Origin: the human T2T-CHM13v2.0 reference genome, Homo sapiens
Assembly: GCF_009914755.1 (NCBI RefSeq)
Contig: NC_060925.1
Length of the DNA: 64,000 nucleotides
Strand: one strand, 5' to 3'
Below, piece by piece: positions 12,646 to 23,300 of the stretch. The notes under the pieces were generated by a model. The model searched no databases. It saw only the letters and a list, made by a program, of their open reading frames with translations, and was not told the origin of the DNA. A program made the position numbers and the translations under genes. The first letter of the stretch is position 1. Each line of letters begins with the position of its first letter.

Positions 12646-12999
12646 TGATATAGTTTGGATATTTGTCTCTGCCCAAATCCCATAGTGAATTGTAATCGCC
12701 AATGTTAGAGGTGGGGCCTGGTGGGAGGTTTTTGGATCATGGGGGTGGATCCCTTGTGGCTTGGCGCTGTCTTTCGTGATAGTGAGTTCTCATGAGATCT
12801 TGTCATATAAAAGTGTTTGGGCACACCTCTCCCCCGATCCCATTCTCTCTGTCTTGCTCCCGTTTTCGCCATGTGACAGTCCTGCTCCCCCTTTACCTTC
12901 CACCATGATTGTAAGTTTCCTAAGGCCTCCCTAGAAACTGAGCAGATGCCAGCAACATGTTTCGTGTAAAGCCTGCAGAACTGTGAGCCAATTAAACTT
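12646..12999 (+). mobile_element. MST (MSTB-like) MaLR LTR, 3' end truncated at the NUMT junction
   Basis: tgatatagtttggatatttg...ccaccatgattgtaagtttcc...gcctgcagaactgtgagccaattaaac, then mtDNA sequence. Confidence 0.85.
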
Positions 13000-13151
13000 C
13001 TAAATGTTTCATGTTTCTGTGTTCCAAACGTTTTTGGTGTTGGATTTGTTGGATAGGTGAATTTTGAAATTTTTAGTTGAAGTAGAATGAAAAGTGATAG
13101 GATTATGGATATAATAGTAATAGATCATGTGGATGTGTCTAGTTGGGGCAT
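13000..13151 (-). pseudogene. MT-ATP8 5' NUMT fragment
   Basis: ATG at 13151; [37 protein letters not shown]. Confidence 0.9.
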
Positions 13152-13152
13152 T

Positions 13153-13217
13153 TCAGTGGAAGAATCATAACTTTCAGTCTCTAACTTAAAAGGTTAATGC
13201 TAGTTAGCTCTATAGTG
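13153..13217 (-). pseudogene. mt-tRNA-Lys pseudogene within NUMT
   Basis: Minus strand cactatagagctaactagcattaaccttttaagttagagactgaaag, located between the COX2 stop and the ATP8 ATG. Confidence 0.88.
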
Positions 13218-13220
13218 ATA

Positions 13221-13873
13221 TTATAATATAGACGTTGCTCAATTTTCAAAGCATTTTAGAGGTACCAGTTCAAGAACAATGGGCATGAAGCTGTGATTAG
13301 ATCTGCAGATTTCTGGGGATTGATTGTAGTAAAGACCTGGCCATGTAGATGTCAACGTTGCTTGGTTTAAAAGTCCTGGGATTGCATCTGGCTTTAGGCC
13401 TAATGATACACGGCTCATGAATATAGAACATCTTCTGATGCAATTGATGCGAATTGATATTTCTATGGGGAGGATTACTTGATTATCAACTTCAAGTAGC
13501 CACAGTTCTCCTGGTTTTAAGTCTGTTGTAGGAATTACGGACGAATCAAACTTTAGGTCTCCATAATCTGTGTATTCATAGCTGCAGTATCATTGGTGTC
13601 CTATAGTTTCGATGGTAAGGGAGGGGTTATAATTTCATCTATTATATATAATATACATAATGATGAAAGAGCAATTAAAATTAAGATAATGGCAGGTAAA
13701 ATAGTTCATACCATTGTGTTTGTGTGAGTTTTAGTTGTTAATATCAGGGAGATAATGTAAAGTACTAATGAGCTCATTAAAAAAACAATTATTAGGGTGT
13801 GGTCATGAAAGTGAAGGAGTTCTGTGATAGGTGACATAGCATCTTGGAAGCCTAATTGAAATGGATATGCCCT
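13221..13873 (-). pseudogene. MTCO2P34: MT-CO2 (cytochrome c oxidase subunit II) NUMT pseudogene
   Basis: Start codon mutated to AGG (13871-13873). Reads [63 protein letters not shown], stop TAA at 13221-13223. Has indels, including loss of the DAQEVET codons near 13711. The pseudogene number is from recollection. Confidence 0.93.
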
Positions 13874-13945
13874 GAAGATAGAAAGGGTTCTAACATGTAA
13901 ATTAACTTTGGCAAAGTTATATGATTATTTTACTATAGTAACTCT
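13874..13945 (-). pseudogene. mt-tRNA-Asp pseudogene within NUMT
   Basis: Minus strand tagtaaaataatcatataactttgccaaagttaa. Anticodon GTC changed to GCC. Immediately precedes COX2. Confidence 0.85.
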
Positions 13946-13950
13946 TAACC

Positions 13951-14018
13951 GAGAAAGTCATCGTAGTTACGAAGTTGGCTTAAACCCAGTTTTGGGAGGT
14001 TCAATTCCTTCCTTTCTC
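13951..14018 (+). pseudogene. mt-tRNA-Ser(UCN) pseudogene within NUMT
   Basis: gagaaagtcat...gttggcttaaacccag...ggaggttcaattccttcctttctc. Lies on the opposite strand to the COX genes, between COX1 and tRNA-Asp, as in mtDNA. Anticodon TGA appears altered to TAA. Confidence 0.88.
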
Positions 14019-14020
14019 TT

Positions 14021-14164
14021 CTAGGCTTTCACATAAACAGGTTCTTCAAATGTGAGATATGGTGGCAGGGAGCTGTAAAGTCATTCTAGGTTTGTAGTTG
14101 ATAGTTCAACTACTGAAACATCTCGTTTTGAAGCAAAGGCTTCTCAGATTATGAAGATTATTAA
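14021..14164 (-). pseudogene. MT-CO1 3'-end NUMT fragment
   Basis: Mito-code translation [47 protein letters not shown]. Confidence 0.92.
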
Positions 14165-14179
14165 GCTTGGCCTCCCAGC

Positions 14180-14550
14180 TAACTTTAGTAGACAAGTCCT
14201 GGAGTGGTTTCTGATTGGCTAGGTTTGGCTATGTTTGGCCTTGCCCATATCCAAGCCAATCACTGTGGCCAGGAGAGAATATTATGATTGGCTAGGTTTG
14301 GCTATGTTTGGCCTTGCCCATATCCAAGCCAATCACTGTGGCCAGGAGAGAATATTTTGATTGGCTAGACTCAGGTCACATGCCCTCAATCTTGTGGCTA
14401 AGCGGGTAGAAGACTGACTAACAGCCCCACTTAGATTTCATGGAATGGAGCAGTGCATTCTTTCTCTTAAAAGAAAACCAAGGAGTTACGCATGCTCAGC
14501 AGAAGGAGTTTGGGAAAGCCTTTTGGGAAGAAACAAACCTGTAGATACAT
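14180..14550. mobile_element. Old MLT1-type LTR fragment containing a 73-bp tandem duplication (14212-14368)
   Basis: ctgattggct...agccaatcactgtggccagg...ggtcacatgccc motifs typical of old MLT1 LTRs. Confidence 0.6.
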
Positions 14551-15107
14551 ACTAACTCCAGCTACATGAGTGGGTAGCAGGCAATTTGGCATCATACAGC
14601 TCACACTTTTATCATCACAGAATTAGATTCAGGCCCTGACAACCCTTAAATTCTATTCTTATGAGTAAAGAGCTCAGAACGAATGGCACTGCACTGAAAT
14701 TCAAGAGGCCTGCAATTGTCCATTCATTTTGAGTAATATGAATCAAATGAATGGCAAGATTGGCTGTTATTCTTCTCTGCTCTTGGCCTCAGTTTACTCA
14801 TGAAGGGGTTGATCTTGTCACCAGATGTTCTCTCAAAGTACACTTCCTCTCTGACATCCCCACCCACTCCAGTGCCCTAGAATTTCACCCCAACAGGCCC
14901 TGAGCCAAGCTTACGTAGCACCAGCAGGGCTCAGCACTGTCTACCTACCTGGGGAGGCTGTCTCTGAGCTGGCTTGTTGCCTTAGAACTGATAACTAGGG
15001 TGCTTGGGGTGAGCTCCTGAACCCCAGCCTGCTCCTATCCTTGCCATGTTGGCCCCATCTCTTGGTTGGGTAACAAACTTGTTTCTCTCCATCTTCACCA
15101 AAAGAAC

Positions 15108-16706
15108 AATTAATCCCAAAGATTTGAACTGATAGCATGCTTTTATAACTCACTGAATCTGGTGTCAACGAGGCTCTGGCCCTTCTTCACGTAGCTTTAA
15201 GGGGAACCACTTCGAATGCCCACCCCAAAGAAGAAGCACATCCGCAAATAGTACAGAGAAAAGGAATCTTCTGGGCTTTAGTGCCATCCAGGCTGATTTC
15301 TTTGTTTCAAGCCCTGCTCTCTCCTTCATCCCATGTAAAAGCATTGTTTGATCAGATTTTTTTCACCATTGCAACCATTCCCCAGTTGCCATTGGCTTCT
15401 TTACTGAGCAACATCTGTGCCCTGGCCTCCTCATTCCTCTGAAGAATGCGCTTTTGATGGGTAAACAACAATTGTAGCTTGTTTTCTCTAGTCCCATGGG
15501 ACTTGGGGTTATTCAAGTTTAGAGATACACAAAGACTTTATAAACACCGGGGATTTATAGCCACGATTGGCTGTGATTGCTTTGTTAGCTCATAGCACAT
15601 GCTGGGTGTGAGGGCCTGATTCCGGGTTGGGCCAAGGAGCCTGAGCTGCGTCTGCCTCAGACACCTGTAGAAGATGAAGTTCAGCAGGAGAGAGGCAGTT
15701 ACTCATCCTCCTGGCTCTGCGTCCAGTGACTTCACCGCCAGAAAATCAGCCCTAAGGCCCTTGCCTAGGAGCAGGGCAGGAGAGAAATCGATATTTCAGT
15801 CATTGCCGACACTGCCAGCAAAAACAGAAAGGGAAGCGAGGGACGTGGACATTTTCTGAGTACCTAACTTAGAATTTTGTTTCAATTTCACAATGTCCTA
15901 GTGAAGCCACTATTATCCCGCTTCTGTCTAAGAGAAGGAAACAGGCCCTATTGTGCAGGAGTGAGGCCCTTTTGTGGACACACATGTGGATTAGTGCTGA
16001 GCTCTGCCTATCTCTGGTCCTCTCCCAGTGCTGCACCTAGAACTCAGAGGGCAGGTGACAAGGCACTGGGCTGAAATGAAGAGGCCACGCAGTGTGTCCA
16101 GCGAGCCTGGCACTGCTGGCCCTGCTGGCCCTTAAACCCACTGCTCCAATTCTTGGATTCTGGTTATTAGCCCATAAACTGGAGCAATTAGGGATCCTGA
16201 GGATCTGGTGGGGTGGGAGAGCAGGGAGACAAAAGGCAAGGGGAGCTGGCAGGGGATGCGTGCCAGGATGCCCGGTGCCCCTCGCCCACTGTGGGAAAAC
16301 AGGGCTCGTTTCTGGAGCAAACCCAGAGAGGCTTGCTCTTTCTTCTCCACACCAATAGGGGGCAGCAGAGAGCAGTAAGCATCTAGTCTTAGTTCCCCAG
16401 AAAAGCTCACTTTTGTTCCATTTCTTCAGTTTGTGATTTGGGCAAAGTCATTCACTTTTCTGGGCCTAAGTTTCTTCATCTAATTGGGGATAATAAACCC
16501 TTCACAAGGCTTTTGAGGCAATAATTAATCCCAAAGATTTGAACTGATAGCATGCTTTTATACACTGCACCTGGCGTTAGTGAAGCCCTGGTCCCTTCCT
16601 CATGTAGCTTTAAGGTGAACTACTCAGAAGGCCTACCCAAAAGAAGAAGCACATTTGCAAATAGTATAGGGAAAAGGAATCTTCTGGGCTTTAGTCCTGC
16701 CCAGGC
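15108..16706 (+). repeat. Dispersed direct duplication of ~185 bp: copy A 15108-15293, copy B 16523-16706
   Basis: Both copies begin aattaatcccaaagatttgaactgatagcatgcttttata and end aaaaggaatcttctgggctttagt..ccaggc. Confidence 0.93.
16352..16366 (+). promoter_or_regulatory. Candidate CTCF core motif
   Basis: CCAATAGGGGGCAGC versus consensus CCASYAGRKGGCRSY (one mismatch), in GC-richer unique sequence. Motif match only. Confidence 0.35.
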
Positions 16707-17134
16707 AGTCTAGGCAGAGATCATGGATTTAAATCACTTTGTACATCAAATATAGGTCCTCTTAAATTTTAAAGCTTCTCAGGTCTGTTGTCTTGTACAT
16801 AAATTTCCTTTAAATTCTTTCTAGAAGTAAGGAGACTAGGAAAAATCAAATACAAATAAAAATGAAGGCATGATTGTTGTAAAAATTTACCTGATAGTTG
16901 TTTTGAGAAAACAAATTTTTTTTAAAAAAAATCTTGGAATTATTAAAAACTTCTTGGAATCATAATTGGAAAGGGAGTGACATTCATTCACTTGAGAAAT
17001 GCCTACTGATTGTCTCTACATGCAAAAACAGTTCAGACACAAAAAGCTCCTGCCCTCATTGAGCTTCCATTTAAGTGGGAGATGTAGGCCTTGATTGCTT
17101 GAATTTAAACATGTGTGCATGAGTGTACCATTAA

Positions 17135-17364
17135 GTTTGGAGATTCTAGCACGGGAGTGCAGCTACTCATATATCCTTGACCAAAGCCTGGTCCTCCTCT
17201 GCCGGAGATGGTCGTTCTCTTTGACCGAGCACACAGCTTTGGGAGGGACTCACATGGAGCGGTGAGGGAGGAAGGGGACACCCGCCTAGCCAGCCAGGTC
17301 AACCAAGTCATCCCTGGCAATCAATGGGGTGACAGATGTCACAGCCAGATCACCCCCTCACATC
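17135..17364 (-). pseudogene. RN7SKP291: 7SK snRNA retropseudogene, 3'-truncated (about the first 230 nt), no poly(A)
   Basis: Minus strand gatgtgagggggtgatctggctgtgacatctgtcaccccattg...ggctggctaggcgggtgtccccttcctccctcaccgctccatgtg...gctagaatctccaaac. 15-bp TSD tgagtgtacc(a/c)ttaa at 17120-17134 and 17365-17379. The number is from recollection. Confidence 0.95.
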
Positions 17365-20170
17365 TGAGTGTACCCTTAAATTATTTAATTTTTTAAGTGT
17401 TAATAAGAAAGACTGACCACCCCAAGAATGTAGATAGGGAGACCTAACCCAGAACTGGAGAGTCAAAGAAAGTGATGTTCAAGCTGAAATATGAAAGATG
17501 GAAGTGGAAGAGGAAAATATGAAAATATGAAAGAGGCAGTGGAAGAGGAAAAACTGTTCCAGGCAGTGGGCACAGCAGGTGCAGAGGCTCCAAGGAGGGA
17601 CAGTAATAAGGAAGGGTGTGTCCTGAAATGCCAAGAGTACACCTCACCTAGACATAGACATTGAATAGTCATGACTTTTCTATCTAAATGTGGAAAAATG
17701 ACCACAGAAATATTGGGTAGATTGAAAGTATAGAATTTTATTTTTAAATATTCATTGCAGATCAAAATTAATATCGTCAACTTTAGGATCATAAAGATGT
17801 ATTTAGTGTAATTTTCTATGCTCATATGATAATATTTGGCATAAGGATAATGAGTTAGTGGAAACTGATTTTCAAGAAAAATTATTTAAGGACTATACTC
17901 TTAAAACGGAGTTTTCCTCTTGAATTTTCCATTCTGCCTCTCCTGACCGTGATCTCATCAGTGGCCCTGATTTGCTTTGTGACCTGGTCCCAGTGTATTT
18001 TTCTATATTTGTTTCTCACCACTCTCTCCTTTCACTCTCTCTGTTCTACACAATTAGGCCCCTGCGTGTTTTCCTCAGGCCCTCACCTCCCAGCTCCCAT
18101 ACCCACAGCCTGACCCTTCTCCTGGCTTACTTGTCTGTCTCTCTCTTACCTCCTGAATGCGATCCCAGCCATCCTGCAGGCCCATGAAAAACGCTACCTC
18201 CTCCTTCCTGGAACCTAGCATCGTATGCCCAAAGCACACTCCCTGTGGCCACTTATGACAAGGAGCACATGCCTGTCTCACATCAAGGTCATCTCTGTCT
18301 GTACCTGTCTCTCATTAGACTGTGAGTCCCTTCAGGGCACAAACCACATTAACTTTGTGCCCCCTTTCAAGACTTAGTACAGTGTGGCTCACACTGTCAT
18401 GCATGTCACATCTAGTAGGTGCTTAATCCCAATTTATACCTCCCAGGCCAGCTGGGAGGGGCAAATGGGGGCAGCAAAAAGGGCAACTTGCAGGTGAGCA
18501 GGAACAGAGGCCCAGGCAAGGCATGGACTGGCATCGGAGAGTGCGTGGAGCCCCCTAAAGATGTCCAGGGATGTGGGGGAAGGCCTTTGACAAGTGGTTG
18601 GGAACCTGATAACAGGCAGGTAGAAGCCATCAAGTCAGCAGTGTAACCATTAATCGTACCTCAGGTGAGCCCACAATCGGTGAGACCCAGAGGATATTTG
18701 GGTTACATTTGTGTAATAAACTATGTATGCACAAAGAAAAGTTTGGAAAGTAAACATCAAGGCATTAACAATGACTGTCTCTGGGTGGATGGATGAATGT
18801 TTTTGATTTTCTTCCTTTTGGTTTCTCTATATTTTCTGATTTTCCTGAAAGGAACATGTGTTGCTCTTATAATAAGAAAAAAAACAATAAAAGTTGTTTT
18901 TAAAAAATCAAATTACAGCACACATTTTGCCTGGGGACACGCTTAGGAGAACAGGCATTTTAAACTAAGTGGTCGCCAAAGTACAAAATGTTACAGTTGA
19001 TCCACACGGATGATTCTCTCCTCTCCCTCCCCATGGCCAGGAATTGGGCAAGCAGATCATATAGGAATTTACCTGTGAAAGTGGATAAGTCCCCTGTAGC
19101 GTGCTTGCACAGATGGCCATACCACGGATGCAGCAGTGATTAGCCATGTAAACTCACTTTCTGCAGTTTTACCAGCATCTACCTCTCCAGCTCCTTCCAG
19201 GAGGAGTCGCTGTTGCTCTCCTCTCCCTGGATCGGCCCCACTCATTTCCTGAGTCTTACCTGACCAGAATAGGGCATACACGGTGGGCAGGAGGCCAGTA
19301 TATGTGGCATGGTCCCAGGGCTTGATGTGGAGCGGTAAGGCCAGGGTAGCCAAACGCTCAGGAAGTCTCTGTTTTTAACCATCAACTCCATCACATCATC
19401 TGTCATTCGTGGTTTGTCGTATTTATTTCTCCATTTCCTGTTGGAGCTCAAGCCCTACCTTGAATCCCAGTTCGTTTGGCAAGAGTCCTGACAGCCTGCC
19501 AAGCTCCTGAAACCCTGTTCATCCTGGAGCATCTTCCTGGTACCCTCTGACCACTGGGGACGGTCCTAAGCTAAATGACCACATCATCTGGGAGTTGGTG
19601 CTACCACCTGTTTGACTCAAGTGTCTCTTGCACCCAGATTCTGATGACTGTCCTTGAACCACTAGACTGTGATACTGACATACTGACACCCCAGCCAGAC
19701 TGACATCCACTAGATTCTCATTTGATTTTGCCACACCACAGGGCAGGGCCTAGTGGAAAGGACACTCCTCGTCTTGGCCCAGAAAGTCTTATGTCACCTG
19801 CTTCCTGCTTGCCCCTGAGCTCAGCTGGCAGCACTTTCCCTCTTGTTTCCTGCACTCGAGGGACATTGGTCTTCTTTTTGTTTCTTGAACATGCTAAGCT
19901 TGTTTCTACCTCAAAGCCTTTGCACATTCATTTGCTGTTCCTTCTACCTGGAGTTCTCATTCTGTGGGTCTCTTCAGCTGGTGGTTCTTTTCCATCATTA
20001 GGTCTCAGTTCAAAATCACCTCCACTTAGAGTCTCTTCCCTGAAAGACTCTGTAACCCTCCCAATCCCCCTTTGCCCTCCTTCCTCACCAAGGCCTGTCA
20101 GTGGGCCTGGGAGCCTCCTGTCCTTCCTCTCCACCATCCACTACCAAGGATGCCCCTTCAGTCTCTTAAC

Positions 20171-20370
20171 TAGGGGCTGACAACTTTGTCTGCTCAGATA
20201 GTAAATATTTTAGACTTTGTGAGACATATACTATCTCTCTTGCATATTTTCTTTTGTTTGTTTTACAACCCTTTAAACATATAAAAACCATTCTTAGCTT
20301 TCACTTCCACACAAAGACAGACCATGGGCAAGATTTGGAATCTAGGCCGCATTTGAACAACCTGGCTCTA
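20171..20370. mobile_element. MER58-like hAT MITE
   Basis: ggggctgacaacttt...cagatagtaaatattttagactttgtg...atttgaacaacctgg. Confidence 0.65.
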
Positions 20371-23300
20371 GATCGGCTCACCTTATTTTATATGCTTCAC
20401 AATGTATCACCACCTGGAGTTATCTTGTTCATTTATTAACTTGATATTGTTTGTCTCTCCCATGAAATGGCTGAGAAATGTATGTGTCTTGGATCTCTGG
20501 TCTCTGATACAGTGCCTGGCACATAGTAGGCCCATGAAATATTTTTGTTGGATGAATAAATAAATAAATAAATGAATGCACAGGTTTTGGAGGCTAATGA
20601 ATTTGGGTCAGAATCCGCTCATGCCATTTAATCCCTGTAGAAATTAGGCAAATCACTTAACATTCTAATTTTCAACGTTATCATTGGCAAAATGATAGTA
20701 ACAAAAGCTCCCTTGCTGGGTTGTTGATATGACAGATTAGGAGGATACCTACAAAGCACCCAGCCAGGAGAAGGCCCTCAATAAATACTAGCTCCCTTCT
20801 GCTTTCTTCCTTTGGCACACTTTCTCCAGAAGGGACAGCATCTCTTACTTGTTTATCACCCAGTCCTAAGTCTGCTGCCTCATCCTCCCTTGGTCCAACC
20901 TCATCAAGCTCCCAGCATGCTTTGTGGCAGAGCCTCTCCAAGTATGATGAACCTCTTGGAGCAACAAACAGTGTTTACAGCAGAGATTGCTGCATGCAGT
21001 TGGGATGGAGGCCATGAGTGTGATTGATGGAAGCTGAGAGCATGAAGCTATCTGGTGGGGATGCAGATCCCCTTGGATTTAGAGAATGGCCTCCGCCCCT
21101 CCTTGTCCCTGACCAGGCCTGGCTCTAGCTTTGATTGTAATTCCCCTGACTTTTTGGAGAGAGATGGGAGGAAACAGCACAGCCAATGAAGAGACTTCCA
21201 AACTCCCCCCAGGGAAGCTTTTTGCTTCATGAGCTCCAAGGAGCTGGAATAAGATCCTCAAAGTGTGCATGCTGCCCAGCTGTGGCCACGTGGAGGGTCT
21301 TGGAGGAAATCTACAATCCCAGAATGTCAGAGCTGAAGGGAGCTGAGAGACCCCGTGAACTCCTCCTCCCTCCTCACTGAGATCTGTCCGTGGGCCATGG
21401 AGACTCCTCTCCTTCCTTCCTCTTCATTATTGCCCCAGCCAGCCTTGTTAGCTAGCTCTCTCCTGGTGGGTCTGGTCTAACTGCCACTGTGATGTCCCTT
21501 CTAGGCCATTCTTTTTCTGCTCTAGAGTCCCCTCTCTAAGTCTGATCAGGTTAGTCCCTACTGAAAACCCTTGGACGGATCCCATTGCCTCTGGATGAAG
21601 TCTAAATCCTTAGTCCGTTTGTGATGTCGTCCACAACCTGGGACCCATCTATCTTTCCCCATGCACTGCCCTCCACTGTCCCACTCTCTTGGGCTTCAAG
21701 CACACTTCAGCCTTTGAGCTCTGCTGGATCGAATGCCTCCACTCCTGTAAGATGGCCCTAGACCTTCCCTCCTGCCCTCTTCCAAGGTTGCACAGCACTC
21801 TCACTGGTCCTTTAGAGTAGCTCTCTTGACACATGGCTCTAATTCATCTTACCAATAGCTAACATTTATCAGCTGTTGACCATGTGCCCGGCCTTGATCT
21901 TCCCTAAGTACCTTAAGGTTTAAGTCATTTGCTCTCAACCACCCTACAATTAGGCAATTATTATTACTATTTTAGAGACAAAGTGAGGGACTACAGTGTA
22001 AAGTCACTTGCCCAAAGTCACATGGCTAGTGATTGGGGGAGCTTGGACTTGAACTCAGAGTATAACTCCAGAGCCCACGTCTAGTGCACTGAGGTTGTGA
22101 AGATACATCAGACGTGGGTCCTGCCCCATAGGAAATCCCAGTCCGTGAAAGCCAGGGACAAGAGAGATGGTATGACTTAGTTAACATAAAGCCTGGCACA
22201 GAGCAGGGCCGTGACTCCTGCTTATTCTTATAAGGAGCACCTGATCAAATATGACTTATGTCCAGACTGCCTGGTCCACACAAGAGTGAAACGGGTCCCA
22301 GAGGGGACATAAGTTGCTGCTCCAGGTCATGAGCCATGCTCATGCTAGGGGCCAGGTGCCTTTCTTTCCTTTTCTCAGGGAAATCTGTTCCAGGACTAGA
22401 TATGGGCCCTGCTTCTGGGAGAGGGGCATGGCATGGGTATTTCCCAAATTTGTACATGCTCAGTCCTTTCAGCCTCCATCGGCTGTACCTGTGGGCCGGC
22501 TGCTGCCTGTTCCCAGTTCTCACAAGGATGATTCACAATGTCTGCTGATCAGGTTGGTCTCTGGGGGGACCTCTCTGTAAACTAGCACCCATGTGGAATC
22601 CAGAGTTGAAAACGATTTTATGTGTTACAGATTCTATGTGTGTATCCTTTATAATGGATCATATTTGAATCTCCAACATGCAAACCTGATAAGCCCTCCC
22701 TCTCAAGAACCTTCAGTGGCTCCCTAGTGCTTTCTGAATTAAGCTCAAATTCATTATCCTGGCTTTCAAAGCCTTTCCCAATCTAAATGCTGCTTATCTT
22801 TTCACTGCACCTATAAATATTCTTAACATCACAGTCAACTGGGACTACTTGCTGTAGGGAAGTACTATGGGTAAGGATGTAAGGGACAAATACCTTGCAG
22901 TCCCACTCTCTGCATCCTGTCTCAGTCCTGCCTGTTTACCTGCATGATCTTGGGTTCAGTACTCCAAAACCAGAGCTGTGTCCAGCACAACATGCCGCCT
23001 CTCTGATCTCCGGTAGGCACCAAAAAGTAGTGGGCGAGTATGCAGAGGGCCCCAGTGCCAGGGTGGTCTGTTGGAGGTAGAGAGAGAAAGAGGGGCACCT
23101 TTCACAGCGCTGGGACATATTAGGGCCTTTGAAAATTTATTCCTCTCTACCCGTCTTTCCTCCTACCATGTTTTGAATTCTGTCAAATGAGGGTGGCATT
23201 CTGTTTAGGTGACTTACGAGTAAGTGCCAGCTAAGGGTGACCTAGAGACTGTTTAGGTGGAGTTCAAGTTCTGTTTATGAGAGTCCTGAGCTCCATTTAG

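Larger units (their letters stand above)
13000..14164 (-). other. NUMT (nuclear mitochondrial insertion): COX1 3' end, tRNA-Ser(UCN), tRNA-Asp, COX2, tRNA-Lys, ATP8 5' part
   Basis: The minus strand read with the vertebrate mitochondrial code gives colinear mtDNA gene order and recognisable peptides (see sub-features). Confidence 0.96.

Noticed and set aside
13153-14018. Functional tRNA genes
   Set aside because: Mitochondrial-type tRNAs in a NUMT; the Asp and Ser anticodons are mutated.
7919-14164. GOT2 copy and NUMT 2.6 kb apart as a functional 'mitochondrial cluster'
   Set aside because: They arose by independent mechanisms (L1 retroposition versus DSB capture) and both are disabled; adjacency is adequately explained by chance.
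14212-14368. CRISPR-like repeat-spacer array
   Set aside because: The 'spacers' are identical (simple tandem duplication), the context is eukaryotic and there are no cas genes.
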